The notes below the pieces were generated by a model that saw only the letters and a list, made by a program, of their open reading frames with translations, was not told the DNA's origin and searched no databases. DNA of 63,841 nt, counting the filler, from Caldilineae bacterium (GTDB taxonomy: Bacteria; Chloroflexota; Anaerolineae; DTLA01), in NCBI GenBank assembly GCA_037446815.1. It is 4 parts of 4 records of this genome, joined end to end, with 100 filler letters (N's around TTAATTAATTAA, not from the genome) between each part and the next. Parts side by side here need not be neighbours in the genome. Positions count along the whole stretch, not along the records: positions 17,616 to 34,780 come from JBBIHX010000053.1; 3 more parts are not named here. The stretch is one strand, 5' to 3'. Both the position numbers and the translations under genes were made by a program. Below are positions 18,151-26,721 of the stretch, piece after piece (the stretch's first letter is position 1; every line of letters begins with the position of its first letter).

Positions 18151-18379
18151 CATGACTGCGGTCGTTTGCGTGCCCGACATTTCACGGGCAGCGACCGTCC
18201 TTTCGGCGAACTGATGGGAGTTGTGCCTTCGGCCCCCTAGGTCGCTTTCGTGCGACGACTCGCTCGCTCCGTACAACCGTGAGGCCAATCTGCTCGCAAG
18301 CATTCGGGAGACGCCCAGCATAGACATCACTCGCCCAGCGAGCGCGAAGTGAAACCCGACTGCCAAGGGAGACCTCACG

Positions 18380-18580
18380 ATGCCCAACGAGTCTGCTTGT
18401 ACGAGCGCCGATCATTCGCTTGAGGACCCAGGTGTTGACGAATTCTGCCACATCGTTGCCAACATCGTCCGGCGCCTGATCGCTTGTCATGTGCCCGACC
18501 AGATGGCAACTTCAAGCGAAAACCCAACATTCACGCCACCGACTAGCCCTGGGACACCGAGCCCAGGTCAAACGAGATAG
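18380..18580 (+). CDS. hypothetical 66-aa protein upstream of recombinase
   Basis: AAGGGAG RBS; amphipathic core DEFCHIVANIVRRL. Confidence 0.45.
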   Translation: MPNESACTSADHSLEDPGVDEFCHIVANIVRRLIACHVPDQMATSSENPTFTPPTSPGTPSPGQTR

Positions 18581-18631
18581 GTCTGTCCAGTTGCCGTCCC
18601 GCCGGCACCACATTGCAGAGGTGAACGCATC

Positions 18632-20128
18632 ATGACCACGGCCGCTCTCTACGCCAGGGTCTCTACAGAGGAGCAAACCGATGGCTACAGCCTGGAAGCA
18701 CAGCTTGTCGCCATGCGAGAACACGCAGCACGCCAGGGGTGGCAGGTCGTCGCCGAATTCGTTGATGCCGGCTACTCAGCCCGCACTGACAACCGTCCCC
18801 AGTTCAAAGCCATGATCGCCGAAGCCAAGGCCAGACGCTTTGACATCATCCTGGTTCACAAGTTTGACCGCTTCGCCCGCTCCCGCGAGCAATCTGTTAC
18901 CTACAAAGCCCTCCTGCGCAAACTGAACATCAGCGTTCAGTCTGTCTTGGAGCCCACCGACCCAGAGTCCCCTTCCTCCATCATCTTTGAAGGCATGCTG
19001 GAAGTTATGGCCGAATGGTACAGCGCCAACCTGTCCCAGGAAACCCAGAAAGGCAAGCGACAACGCGCTCACAATGGCTTGTACAACGGCACCCTCTGCT
19101 ACGGCTACCAGAAGGGAGAGGATGGTATCCCCATCCCCCATCCTTTTGAAGCCGAGGGCGTCCGCAGGGCTTTTGAAGCCTATGCCACAGGCACCTACAG
19201 CGACAAGGACATCGCTGATCTCCTCAATTCCCTCGGCCACAGAACCCGTTCCACCTGGGGTGTCCGTCCTTGGTCCAAGGATACCATCACCGCACTTCTC
19301 AAGAACCCCTTCTACCTGGGCTATACAAAGTACCACGATACCCTCCTGCCCGGCAAGCACCCGCCGATCATCTCACAGGAACTGTTCGCCAAGTGCCAGG
19401 AAGTCCGCAAACGCCGCACCCGCGCGCCCCGTTCCAACTGCAAGCATTTCCGAGTCTACATCCTCACCGGTCTGTTGCGATGCGTCTCCTGCGGTGGCCG
19501 CCTCACCGCTCAGTCCATTCGCGAGCATCGCTACTACCGAGACCGCGCCAGCCTCCGCGGCCAGACCTGCCACCAGCCCCAAACCGGGGTGCGCGCCGAT
19601 GAGGTGGAGGCCCAGCTGGATGCCGTCATCGCTCGCTTCAGTCTCCTTCCCTCCTGGCGCGAGCGCGTGCTGGACCTGATCTCCTCTCGCCATGAACGAG
19701 AGAAGCTCCAGCGCGAGCGTCAGCGCCTGGAGGAAAAACTGAGGCGACTGATCAAACAGTACCGAGAAGTGGAAATTGACGAGGAAGAGTATCGTCGCGA
19801 ACGGGACGCGACCCGCAAGAAGCTGGATGCCCTTGTCGTGCCTGCGGAGACCGAAGTTCTGGCTGCCGGCGCCTACCTGGAAGACCTGGCCCAGATCTGG
19901 GCTACCGCCACTGCGGAGGAAAAACGCAGCATGGCGCTCCTCATCTTTGATACCATTTACTACGACCTGGCCGCCAAACAAATCGCCGCCCTGAAACCCA
20001 AGGCGGCGTTCATTCCCGTATTTCGCCAATCTCCATCCTTCGTGGAGACCGACGACGGCCTGTTTAGCATTGGCGGAAGCGACGGGATTCGAACCCGCGA
20101 TCTCCTGCTTGACAGGCAGGTATGCTAG
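18632..20128 (+). CDS. large serine recombinase (integrase)
   Basis: YARVSTEEQ catalytic Ser, RPQF, HKFDRFAR, recombinase domain (LKNPFYLG, HPPIISQELF), LLRCVSCG Zn ribbon, coiled coil. Confidence 0.93.
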   Translation: MTTAALYARVSTEEQTDGYSLEAQLVAMREHAARQGWQVVAEFVDAGYSARTDNRPQFKAMIAEAKARRFDIILVHKFDRFARSREQSVTYKALLRKLNISVQSVLEPTDPESPSSIIFEGMLEVMAEWYSANLSQETQKGKRQRAHNGLYNGTLCYGYQKGEDGIPIPHPFEAEGVRRAFEAYATGTYSDKDIADLLNSLGHRTRSTWGVRPWSKDTITALLKNPFYLGYTKYHDTLLPGKHPPIISQELFAKCQEVRKRRTRAPRSNCKHFRVYILTGLLRCVSCGGRLTAQSIREHRYYRDRASLRGQTCHQPQTGVRADEVEAQLDAVIARFSLLPSWRERVLDLISSRHEREKLQRERQRLEEKLRRLIKQYREVEIDEEEYRRERDATRKKLDALVVPAETEVLAAGAYLEDLAQIWATATAEEKRSMALLIFDTIYYDLAAKQIAALKPKAAFIPVFRQSPSFVETDDGLFSIGGSDGIRTRDLLLDRQVC

Positions 20129-20147
20129 GCCGCTGCACCACGCCTCC
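20071..20147 (-). tRNA. tRNA-Asp(GTC), CCA encoded
   Basis: GGAGGCG/CGCTTCC acceptor stem, CCTGC-CTGTCAA-GCAGG anticodon arm, GGTTCGAATCC T-arm, 3' GCCA. Confidence 0.97.
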
Positions 20148-20165
20148 GCTTGATGTTGCGCCGAC

Positions 20166-20194
20166 ATCCTACCATAAAACCGCCCCCTTGTCAA
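20166..20194 (-). promoter_or_regulatory. tRNA-Asp promoter
   Basis: TTGACA-17-TAGGAT with TG extension on minus strand. Confidence 0.75.
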
Positions 20195-20211
20195 AATCAG
20201 CCATCGCGCTC

Positions 20212-20493
20212 CTAAAACACCCCAAACCACATCGCAATACCCATCACCACAAACAGCGCCGCCGCCACCTTGTTCAACACCTCCGCCGGCACAAACTGCG
20301 AGATCAACTGCCCCGCAAACGCCCCGATCAACGTAACCACCACCAACGCCAGCGCCGCCCCCAAAAACACCATCCACGGCTTCCCCGTCTTGCACGTCAT
20401 GGAAATCACCGCCAACTGCGTCTTGTCCCCAAGTTCCGCCAACAGCAGCAGCCCAAAAGTCCCCGCAAACACCTTCCAGTCCATCGTTGTCAT
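20212..20493 (-). CDS. TMEM165/GDT1 (UPF0016) family single-repeat protein, likely Mn2+ export
   Basis: AELGDKTQLA signature; three hydrophobic segments; downstream of Mn riboswitch. Confidence 0.9.
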   Translation of the reverse strand: MTTMDWKVFAGTFGLLLLAELGDKTQLAVISMTCKTGKPWMVFLGAALALVVVTLIGAFAGQLISQFVPAEVLNKVAAALFVVMGIAMWFGVF

Positions 20494-20513
20494 CTCCTGT
20501 TATGTAAACTCAA

Positions 20514-20628
20514 CAAAAAGACCCTTGCCACACGGCAAAGGTCTCGCTCGTTGGCCCACGCCAACCGGCGGAACCAGGCCCAGGGCCGGCATGTTGATCC
20601 CGCCGCATGGGAGGCTACTCCCCTTTTT
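20514..20628 (-). promoter_or_regulatory. yybP-ykoY manganese riboswitch with overlapping terminator
   Basis: AAAGGGGAGTAGC ... ATCAACAT ... GCGAGACCTTT; terminator AGACCTTTGCC-GTGT-GGCAAGGGTCTTTTT; promoter TTGACG-17-CATAAT at 20638-20666. Confidence 0.88.
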
Positions 20629-20633
20629 GACGC

Positions 20634-21107
20634 TCACATTATGCCATCCCCCGCCTGCCCCGTCAAATCCGTCGCCGCTCCTCGCGCCTCCGCCAGCGCC
20701 CGCCGGGCTATTTCCAGCACCCCCCGCGTCAGCGGCAACCCCTCCAACTCCTCCGCGCTGAACCAACCCACCTCCCGCGCATCCGACGATGCACGCAACT
20801 CCCCCTCAACCCACTCCGCCAGCATGTCCACAATCACGTAGTGGTACTCCACCCGTCCCGCCGCGTCGCGCACAATGCGATCCACCACCGCGAACGGTCG
20901 CAGCACGCGCACCCGAATCCCGCACTCCTCCCGTATCTCGCGCTCCGTCGCCTCCGCCAGCGTCTCCCCCAAATCCACGACCCCGCCCGGAAACGCCCAC
21001 ATCCCTTCCCCTGGCGGATGCCCTCGCTGCGCCAGCAGCACCCGCCCATCCCGCACCACAATTGCCCCTACCGAAACCACCGGCGCATCGGGATACCGCC
21101 GCTTCAT
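20634..21107 (-). CDS. NUDIX hydrolase
   Basis: WAFPGGVVDLGETLAEATEREIREECG Nudix box. Confidence 0.92.
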   Translation of the reverse strand: MKRRYPDAPVVSVGAIVVRDGRVLLAQRGHPPGEGMWAFPGGVVDLGETLAEATEREIREECGIRVRVLRPFAVVDRIVRDAAGRVEYHYVIVDMLAEWVEGELRASSDAREVGWFSAEELEGLPLTRGVLEIARRALAEARGAATDLTGQAGDGIM

Positions 21108-22306
21108 GCCCGTTCCTCCACGCTTGCCGAATCCAGCGCCGACGCGAAGTCCAGCACCACCCTTGCCGCCTCGTCCAACAGCATCGGCTCAATGAAATCC
21201 ATCGTATCCTGCTCCGTGTGATACACCCCCTCGCGCCCCTTGCCGCTCGCTTCCAGCGAGGTCGCCGCGACCTTCTTCGCCAAGAACGACGCGAAATCGC
21301 TGCTCCCCATCCAGTACCACCGCCCTCGCATCCCCGGCCGCACCTTGCGCAGCAGCGCATTCAGGCTGCGCGTCGTCCGCCGAGGCGGAACCAGCCCCGC
21401 GCCGCTCACATAGGTCAGACGCTCGCCAGAGCCCACCATGTCCAGGTTCAGCACCGCCGCGCCGTTCAACTCGCCCCGATGCTCTTTTACATGGCGCTCC
21501 GACCCGATGAGCCCGCTCTCCTCCGCCGAAAAGAAGATGACCTCCACCTGCGTCCGCGCCAGAGGCTCCTGGGCAAGCGCCTCCGCAGCCGCCATGAGCA
21601 CCGCGACCCCCGAACCGTTATCATTTGCCCCCGGCGAGTACTTCTTCCCCTGCGCCAGCCCCTGATAGGCGAGCACGAACACGCCCCACGCCCCCAGCAC
21701 CGCCAACAATCCCACCCTTATCGCGTGCCAAACATTCGGCGCCACCAGCATCCCCGCCCGCACATCCACCACCCTCACCACGCCCAACGCGCACAGCCCC
21801 AGCGCAATCAACGGCCACAGCCGCATCATCGCCCGCGCAAAATCCCCCACGCGCGGATTCAGGATGCGGCTGGCGCGCGCGGTGTCGTGGTGCGCGCACA
21901 GAATCAGCCGCCGCGTCGCCTCTCCGGCGCTGGGCAGCGTCGCCACCAGGTTGTGCCCCGTGCGCCCGCCCTTCGCCAGCCCTTGCCGAAGACGACGGAT
22001 GAGTCGGGGCAGTAAGGAGAACACCAGCATGTAGGCAAACGGCGCCCACGGAGCCTCAGGCAGGTACCACGCTACCGCCCACAGGCTCACGACGCCAAAC
22101 GCCAGAAGCGGCAACATCTGCGCCGGCGAGGGCACATTGGGCACAGGCTCGCGCCGCGTGGCAAGCCCCCGGTCGCGGAAGAACCCCTCGGCGAAATCCA
22201 GGAACTTCGCCTCTCCCTCGCCCCCGGCGGGCCGTGGCCCGATCTCGTCTACGATGAACTGCAGCAGGTGGTAGGCGCGCCGACCCAGGTCCTTCGTCTC
22301 GTCCAT
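21104..22306 (-). CDS. membrane-integral M28 family peptidase
   Basis: AHHDT, PGANDNGSG, AEESGLIGS, NLDMVG, SDF, YHTEQD plus internal TM helices; start MDETKD. Confidence 0.85.
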   Translation of the reverse strand: MDETKDLGRRAYHLLQFIVDEIGPRPAGGEGEAKFLDFAEGFFRDRGLATRREPVPNVPSPAQMLPLLAFGVVSLWAVAWYLPEAPWAPFAYMLVFSLLPRLIRRLRQGLAKGGRTGHNLVATLPSAGEATRRLILCAHHDTARASRILNPRVGDFARAMMRLWPLIALGLCALGVVRVVDVRAGMLVAPNVWHAIRVGLLAVLGAWGVFVLAYQGLAQGKKYSPGANDNGSGVAVLMAAAEALAQEPLARTQVEVIFFSAEESGLIGSERHVKEHRGELNGAAVLNLDMVGSGERLTYVSGAGLVPPRRTTRSLNALLRKVRPGMRGRWYWMGSSDFASFLAKKVAATSLEASGKGREGVYHTEQDTMDFIEPMLLDEAARVVLDFASALDSASVEERA

Positions 22307-22384
22307 GCTCTCTCCTCGTTCCGAAGTGAGCGGGCTGAATCGCCCATCTGCGCCGCTCGTCTCGTTCGCGGATAGGCTCCCTAT

Positions 22385-22495
22385 CCGTCCCATCCGCGTT
22401 ATCCGTGGACAGGTCTCCTCCGTTCATCCCATCCGTGCTATCCGTAGATAGGCCTCCTCCATTCGCCCCATCCGGGTCATCCGTGGATGGGCCCC
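22385..22495. repeat. three degenerate tandem ~37-39-bp units (CCCATCCG...ATCCGTGGA)
   Basis: same core recurs near 7068, 24450, 32157 and 51960. Confidence 0.7.
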
Positions 22496-22535
22496 CCACG
22501 CGCCGCGCATTCTCTCACAGATTCGGCCTGCGGTC

Positions 22536-22570
22536 AAAAGAGAAGGCCGCCGTTGTGTTCGGCGGCCTTC
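22536..22570 (-). terminator. intrinsic terminator of the four-repeat secreted protein gene
   Basis: GAAGGCCGCCG/CGGCGGCCTTC stem plus TCTTTT on minus strand. Confidence 0.8.
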
Positions 22571-22592
22571 GCAAGATCGGAGAGAGAACGGG

Positions 22593-24002
22593 TTACGGGT
22601 TGCGGCCCATGCCCTCGTAAGCGAAGGACAGGTCCACGCTGCCGCTCTTCACGTGCGTGCAGATGGCGGCCAGTTTGTTGCCCGCCTGCCCCTCAATCAC
22701 CACGGTGAACCGCTTGTTGCTGGGCAGGTTCGTATCGGAGTAGGTCCACGGGCGCTCGGGCACCGACTGACCTGCGGCCAGCGTGAAGTTCTTGGCGCCC
22801 GCGTTTGGATACTCCACGCCCGTGTCCAAATCGTAGTAGCGGACACTGAACGTCGCGGAGGTTGTGCCCACGTTCTGGATCACCATGGGCGTCAGGTAGC
22901 CGCCGTACCCCTTCATCACCCACGGGACATAGACGTTCTGGTAGCCAGTGGTGAAGGCGTTGTAGGCCGTGCCGTCAATGTAGGTGGGGCCGCTGCGGTT
23001 CTGGTTGACGATAGCCACCAGTTTGTCGCCCGGGTTGCCGCGGATGATCATGGAGTACTGCTTGTTGTTGGGCAGGACCGCGTCGGGCCACGTCCACGGG
23101 CGCTCGGGCAGGGACAGGCCGGGGCCCAGAGCCACGTTCTTGGCGCCCGCGCCGGAGTAGAAGACGCCATCGGTCATGCCGTAGTACTCCACGGTAACGT
23201 AGGCGGTCGTCGTGCCCACGTTCTGGATCACCGCCGGGGTGATGTAGCCCGCGTACCCCTTCACGATGTTGGGCGCGTAGACCACGTCGGCGCCGCCGCC
23301 GAAGCCCGCGTAGGCCAGGTACGTGTTGCTGCTAATCTGGTTGACCGCCGCCACGATAGAGCCGCCTGGGGCCGCGGTCGCCACCACCGAGTACTGCTTG
23401 TTGGTGGGCAGTTCCGAATCGGGCACCAGCGCCGGATCGTACTCGTAACTCACGTTCGGCGGGAGCGAGATGATGCGGGTCGCGCTGGTAACCTTCTGGC
23501 CGTTGGTGAAGTAGAAGAACTCAATGGTTACCGACGTGGTGCTGGAGCCGCTGTTCTGGATGTAGAACGGCGTGTTGAAGGTGTAGTAGTTCTTGGTGAT
23601 GTTGGGCAGGTACACCTTCTCGCCCCCCGCCGGCAGGCCCGTGTAGCCCATCTGGCGATTCGTGGCTTCCTCGCTCACCACGGCGGCCACCGGCTCATCG
23701 GAACTGATGACTACCGAGTACAACCCCGCCGTCAGGTTCGGGTCGGGGTTGAGTTTCGGATCCACCAGCCGACCGCGCCCGGGCTGGAGCGAGAAAGACT
23801 CGGTGGCCGTGCTGATGAACGCGCCATCCGAGATGCGGTAGTACTCCACGTAGACCATCGCCGTTGTGGAGCCCATGTTCTGCACGACAAAGGGCGAGTT
23901 CCACGTGGTCCCAGGCGGATACGACCCCTGGGCGAAGGCGGGCACGCCGCTGACCAGCAGGACAAGCACCGCCACCAGGCTGAACAATACGGTTCGCTTC
24001 AT
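22593..24002 (-). CDS. secreted protein with four ~110-aa beta-rich repeats (possible cell-surface structural protein)
   Basis: signal peptide MKRTVLF...AFA; repeats [ST]PxxIQNxG...YS(V/M)...A(A/I)V[SN]; promoter TTGAAA-17-TATACT at 24090-24118. Confidence 0.8.
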   Translation of the reverse strand: MKRTVLFSLVAVLVLLVSGVPAFAQGSYPPGTTWNSPFVVQNMGSTTAMVYVEYYRISDGAFISTATESFSLQPGRGRLVDPKLNPDPNLTAGLYSVVISSDEPVAAVVSEEATNRQMGYTGLPAGGEKVYLPNITKNYYTFNTPFYIQNSGSSTTSVTIEFFYFTNGQKVTSATRIISLPPNVSYEYDPALVPDSELPTNKQYSVVATAAPGGSIVAAVNQISSNTYLAYAGFGGGADVVYAPNIVKGYAGYITPAVIQNVGTTTAYVTVEYYGMTDGVFYSGAGAKNVALGPGLSLPERPWTWPDAVLPNNKQYSMIIRGNPGDKLVAIVNQNRSGPTYIDGTAYNAFTTGYQNVYVPWVMKGYGGYLTPMVIQNVGTTSATFSVRYYDLDTGVEYPNAGAKNFTLAAGQSVPERPWTYSDTNLPSNKRFTVVIEGQAGNKLAAICTHVKSGSVDLSFAYEGMGRNP

Positions 24003-24216
24003 GTTCCTGTCTCCTCTCTTGGGTTTCAGAACCATTGTCTCATCCACGATAACGTAGCATGAAGGCATTCGTTACCGCCTTCAGTGTACAGTATACGTCA
24101 ACCCTCCGGAGATTTCAATAACCCCTTTGGGTAATCTTGTGGGATTATTGCCCGTTGGCCGAGCGCCACGCAACCGCATCGCTGCAAGTTTCGGGCCAAG
24201 GTGGGTTCATCATCGC

Positions 24217-24820
24217 AGCCGCCCGACGCTGAAGCATCGGGCTGAGAGCACAAAGCCCCGCAGGCTACCAGCCCCNNNNNNNNNNNNNNNNNNNNNNNNN
24301 NNNNNNNNNNNNNNNNNNNNNNNNNNNNNNNNNNNNNNNNNNNNNNNNNNNNNNNNNNNNNNNNNNNNNNNNNNNGCCCGGCGGTATGGGTATCGCCACC
24401 GCGAATAAACGTGCGACGCACTTCGGAAGTGCGTCGCACGTCGTCCCTCCACGGATAACGCGGATGGCACGGATTGGGCAAGGGGTGGGAGCCGCCCGAC
24501 GCTGAAGCATCGGGCTGAGAGCACAAAGCCCCGCAGGCTACCAGCCCCGCAGGGGCTTCCTGCCCGTGGCGCGGCGCTTCAGCCCGGCGCTACGGGCATC
24601 GCAACCACGAATAGCACGGAACTGCACGAATAAGGCGAGGGCCTCACCGTCTCGGTCGTGGCCGCGGGCGGAGAGGAGGAGGCCGAAGGCCGGGGATGAG
24701 ATGGGACGGCGGGGCGCGAGATTCTTCAGCGCTGCGCGCCTCAGAATGACAGATTGTGGCGATTGCTCCGGGCGCTCCGCGCGCTCGCGATCACGATCCC
24801 CAACAGACTTTGCAGCCGAG
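24217..24820. repeat. REP-like mosaic spanning a 100-N gap (24276-24375)
   Basis: ~58-bp unit GCCGCCCGACGCTGAAGCATCGGGCTGAG... duplicated at 24218 and 24491; palindrome ACGTGCGACGCACTTC-G-GAAGTGCGTCGCACGT at 24409-24441. Confidence 0.85.
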
Positions 24821-24892
24821 CCCCCAGGCCACGGTTGACATCCCTGCGTCTCGCGGCTACACTCCTCCCGAATCCACATGCAGGACGGCGCC

Positions 24893-25234
24893 ATGGCGGA
24901 ACGACCCAAAACCCTGTGGATCAAGGAGGCCTACCTGGCCCAGATTCTTTCGGGCCAGAAGACCGTGGAGGTGCGCGTGGGCTATCCCAACATCCTGCGC
25001 CTGCGGCCCGGCTCGCCACTGCGCCTCAACGACGCCCACCCCGCCCGCGTGCGGCGCGTGGCCGTGTACCCGGACTTCGCCGCCCTGGTGCGGGCCGAGG
25101 ATACCGCGCGCATCGCCCCCGGCATGACCGCGGACGAACTCCTGGCCGCCCTGCGCGCCCTGTACCCGCCGGACAAAGAGGCGCTCGGGGCCGTGGCCCT
25201 GGAGATAGAACTGGAGAGTAAGGAGGCATCATGA
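24893..25234 (+). CDS. ASCH/PUA-like domain protein
   Basis: ILSGQKTVEVR motif; promoter TTGACA-17-TACACT at 24835-24863. Confidence 0.85.
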   Translation: MAERPKTLWIKEAYLAQILSGQKTVEVRVGYPNILRLRPGSPLRLNDAHPARVRRVAVYPDFAALVRAEDTARIAPGMTADELLAALRALYPPDKEALGAVALEIELESKEAS

Positions 25235-26658
25235 CCGAGCCGACTGTACTCCACCTTCGCGGGCACATCTCGCCCGCCGACCGGGAAGCGAACCCCCACC
25301 TCATGCTGCCCTTTGAGGTGCCCGAGGGCATCGCCGCTCTGGAGGTGGCTTATACCTACTCGGGCCGCGGTTCTCGGGAGCCGCATTCCCCGCCCGACAA
25401 TCAGATAGACATCGGCATCCTGGAGCCGGGCGGGACGCCCTTCCCCTGCGAGCGCGGCTTTCGCGGATGGAGCGGCACCGCCCGCGACGCGTTCCGCATC
25501 GGCGCACGCGACGCCACGCCGGGCTACATCCCCGGCCCCATCACCCCGGGGCGCTGGCACATCCTGTTGGGCGCGTACAAACTCATCGCCGCGGGCACCG
25601 ACTACGATGTAACCATCCGGTTGACCCCAGGCGCGGCGGTGCGGGAGGACGCGCCTCGCCCCGCCGTGCGTGTAGCCGAGGTCATCCGCCCCGGCCCCGC
25701 CTGGTTCCGCGGCGACCTGCACTGCCACACCCACCACTCCGACGGCACCGGCTCGCTGGAGCACCTGCTGGAACGCGCCGCCGAGGCCGGCCTGGACTTC
25801 CTGGCCGTTACCGAGCACAACACTATCAGCCACTACCCCGAACTGGCCGCATACCGCGGGCCCATCCTGCTCATCCCAGGGCAGGAGGTTACGACGTACA
25901 AGGGCCACTTGAACGCCTGGGGCTGCGACCGTTGGCTGGATTTCCGCGTCCGCACGCCGCAGGACATGGCCTGGGTTGTGGAGCAGGCCCGCCGCGGCGG
26001 CGCGCTCGTCTCCATCAATCACCCCAAGTACGACGGCCCCGACTGGGAACTGGGCCAGGACCTGGACGTGGATTGCGTGGAAGTGTGGCAAGCCCCGTGG
26101 TTCGTGTCCAACTACGAGTCGTTGGCCTTCTGGGAGCGCATGTTGAACGCCGGGCAGCGCGTCGTCGGCGTGGGCGGCAGCGACTGCCACGTGGCGCCAA
26201 GCCCCGCCCAGCAATCCCTTCCCTACCTGGCCCAACCTACCACCTGGGTCTGGGCCGAGGCGCTATCGGTGCGCGGCATCCTGGACGGTATCCGCGCCGG
26301 CCACGTGCACATCTCGTCCGCGCCCGCCGGCCCGCGCCTCCGCTTCACCGCCGAGGCGCGCGGCCAGACGGCTATGGCCGGGGACGCGCTTCGCCCGGCC
26401 GCCGGCGACACGCTCCGATTCCGCGTGGGCGCGCAGGGCGGCGACGGGCTTTGGCTGCGCATCATCGCCAACGGGCGCGAGGTTGCCCGTTGGATCGTGA
26501 AGGGCGACGACTTTAGCGCGGAATGGGAGACCCCCGCCATGGGCGATGCTTGGTACCGCCTGGACCTGCTGAACCCGCTGGAGCCGGAGGAAGAGGGCGA
26601 CCCCAGCGCGGTGCTCATGGAGGCGATGACGAATCCCATCTATGTGCGCGTAACATAG
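25231..26658 (+). CDS. PHP-domain metallohydrolase (CehA/McbA-like)
   Basis: GDLHCHTHHSDG, AVTEHN, GQEVT, GHLN, INHP, GGSDCH, TNPIY. Confidence 0.85.
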   Translation: MTEPTVLHLRGHISPADREANPHLMLPFEVPEGIAALEVAYTYSGRGSREPHSPPDNQIDIGILEPGGTPFPCERGFRGWSGTARDAFRIGARDATPGYIPGPITPGRWHILLGAYKLIAAGTDYDVTIRLTPGAAVREDAPRPAVRVAEVIRPGPAWFRGDLHCHTHHSDGTGSLEHLLERAAEAGLDFLAVTEHNTISHYPELAAYRGPILLIPGQEVTTYKGHLNAWGCDRWLDFRVRTPQDMAWVVEQARRGGALVSINHPKYDGPDWELGQDLDVDCVEVWQAPWFVSNYESLAFWERMLNAGQRVVGVGGSDCHVAPSPAQQSLPYLAQPTTWVWAEALSVRGILDGIRAGHVHISSAPAGPRLRFTAEARGQTAMAGDALRPAAGDTLRFRVGAQGGDGLWLRIIANGREVARWIVKGDDFSAEWETPAMGDAWYRLDLLNPLEPEEEGDPSAVLMEAMTNPIYVRVT

Positions 26659-26721
26659 GTGAGGCCGCGAGCCCCAGGCGCGTTGCCCATCACCGGGGCG
26701 GGCACGGGATATCAAGAGAGG

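Larger units (their letters stand above)
17616..20128. mobile_element. tRNA-proximal end of an element integrated at tRNA-Asp (far end lost at contig edge)
   Basis: integrase converges on and overlaps the tRNA 3' end; visibly lower GC than flanking genes; small unknown ORFs. Confidence 0.75.

Noticed and set aside
18205..18360. Hammerhead ribozyme suggested by CTGATG...GAAAC
   Set aside because: Core reads CTGATGGG rather than CTGANGA and the required stems cannot be built.
22385..22495. CRISPR array (also considered 6860-6945 and 52091-52260)
   Set aside because: Degenerate or directly abutting units without unique regular spacers, members of dispersed repeat families, and no cas genes.
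24003..24210. Cyclic-dinucleotide riboswitch upstream of the secreted repeat protein (also checked 36660-36870)
   Set aside because: No recognisable consensus, and the promoters lie too close to the start codons.
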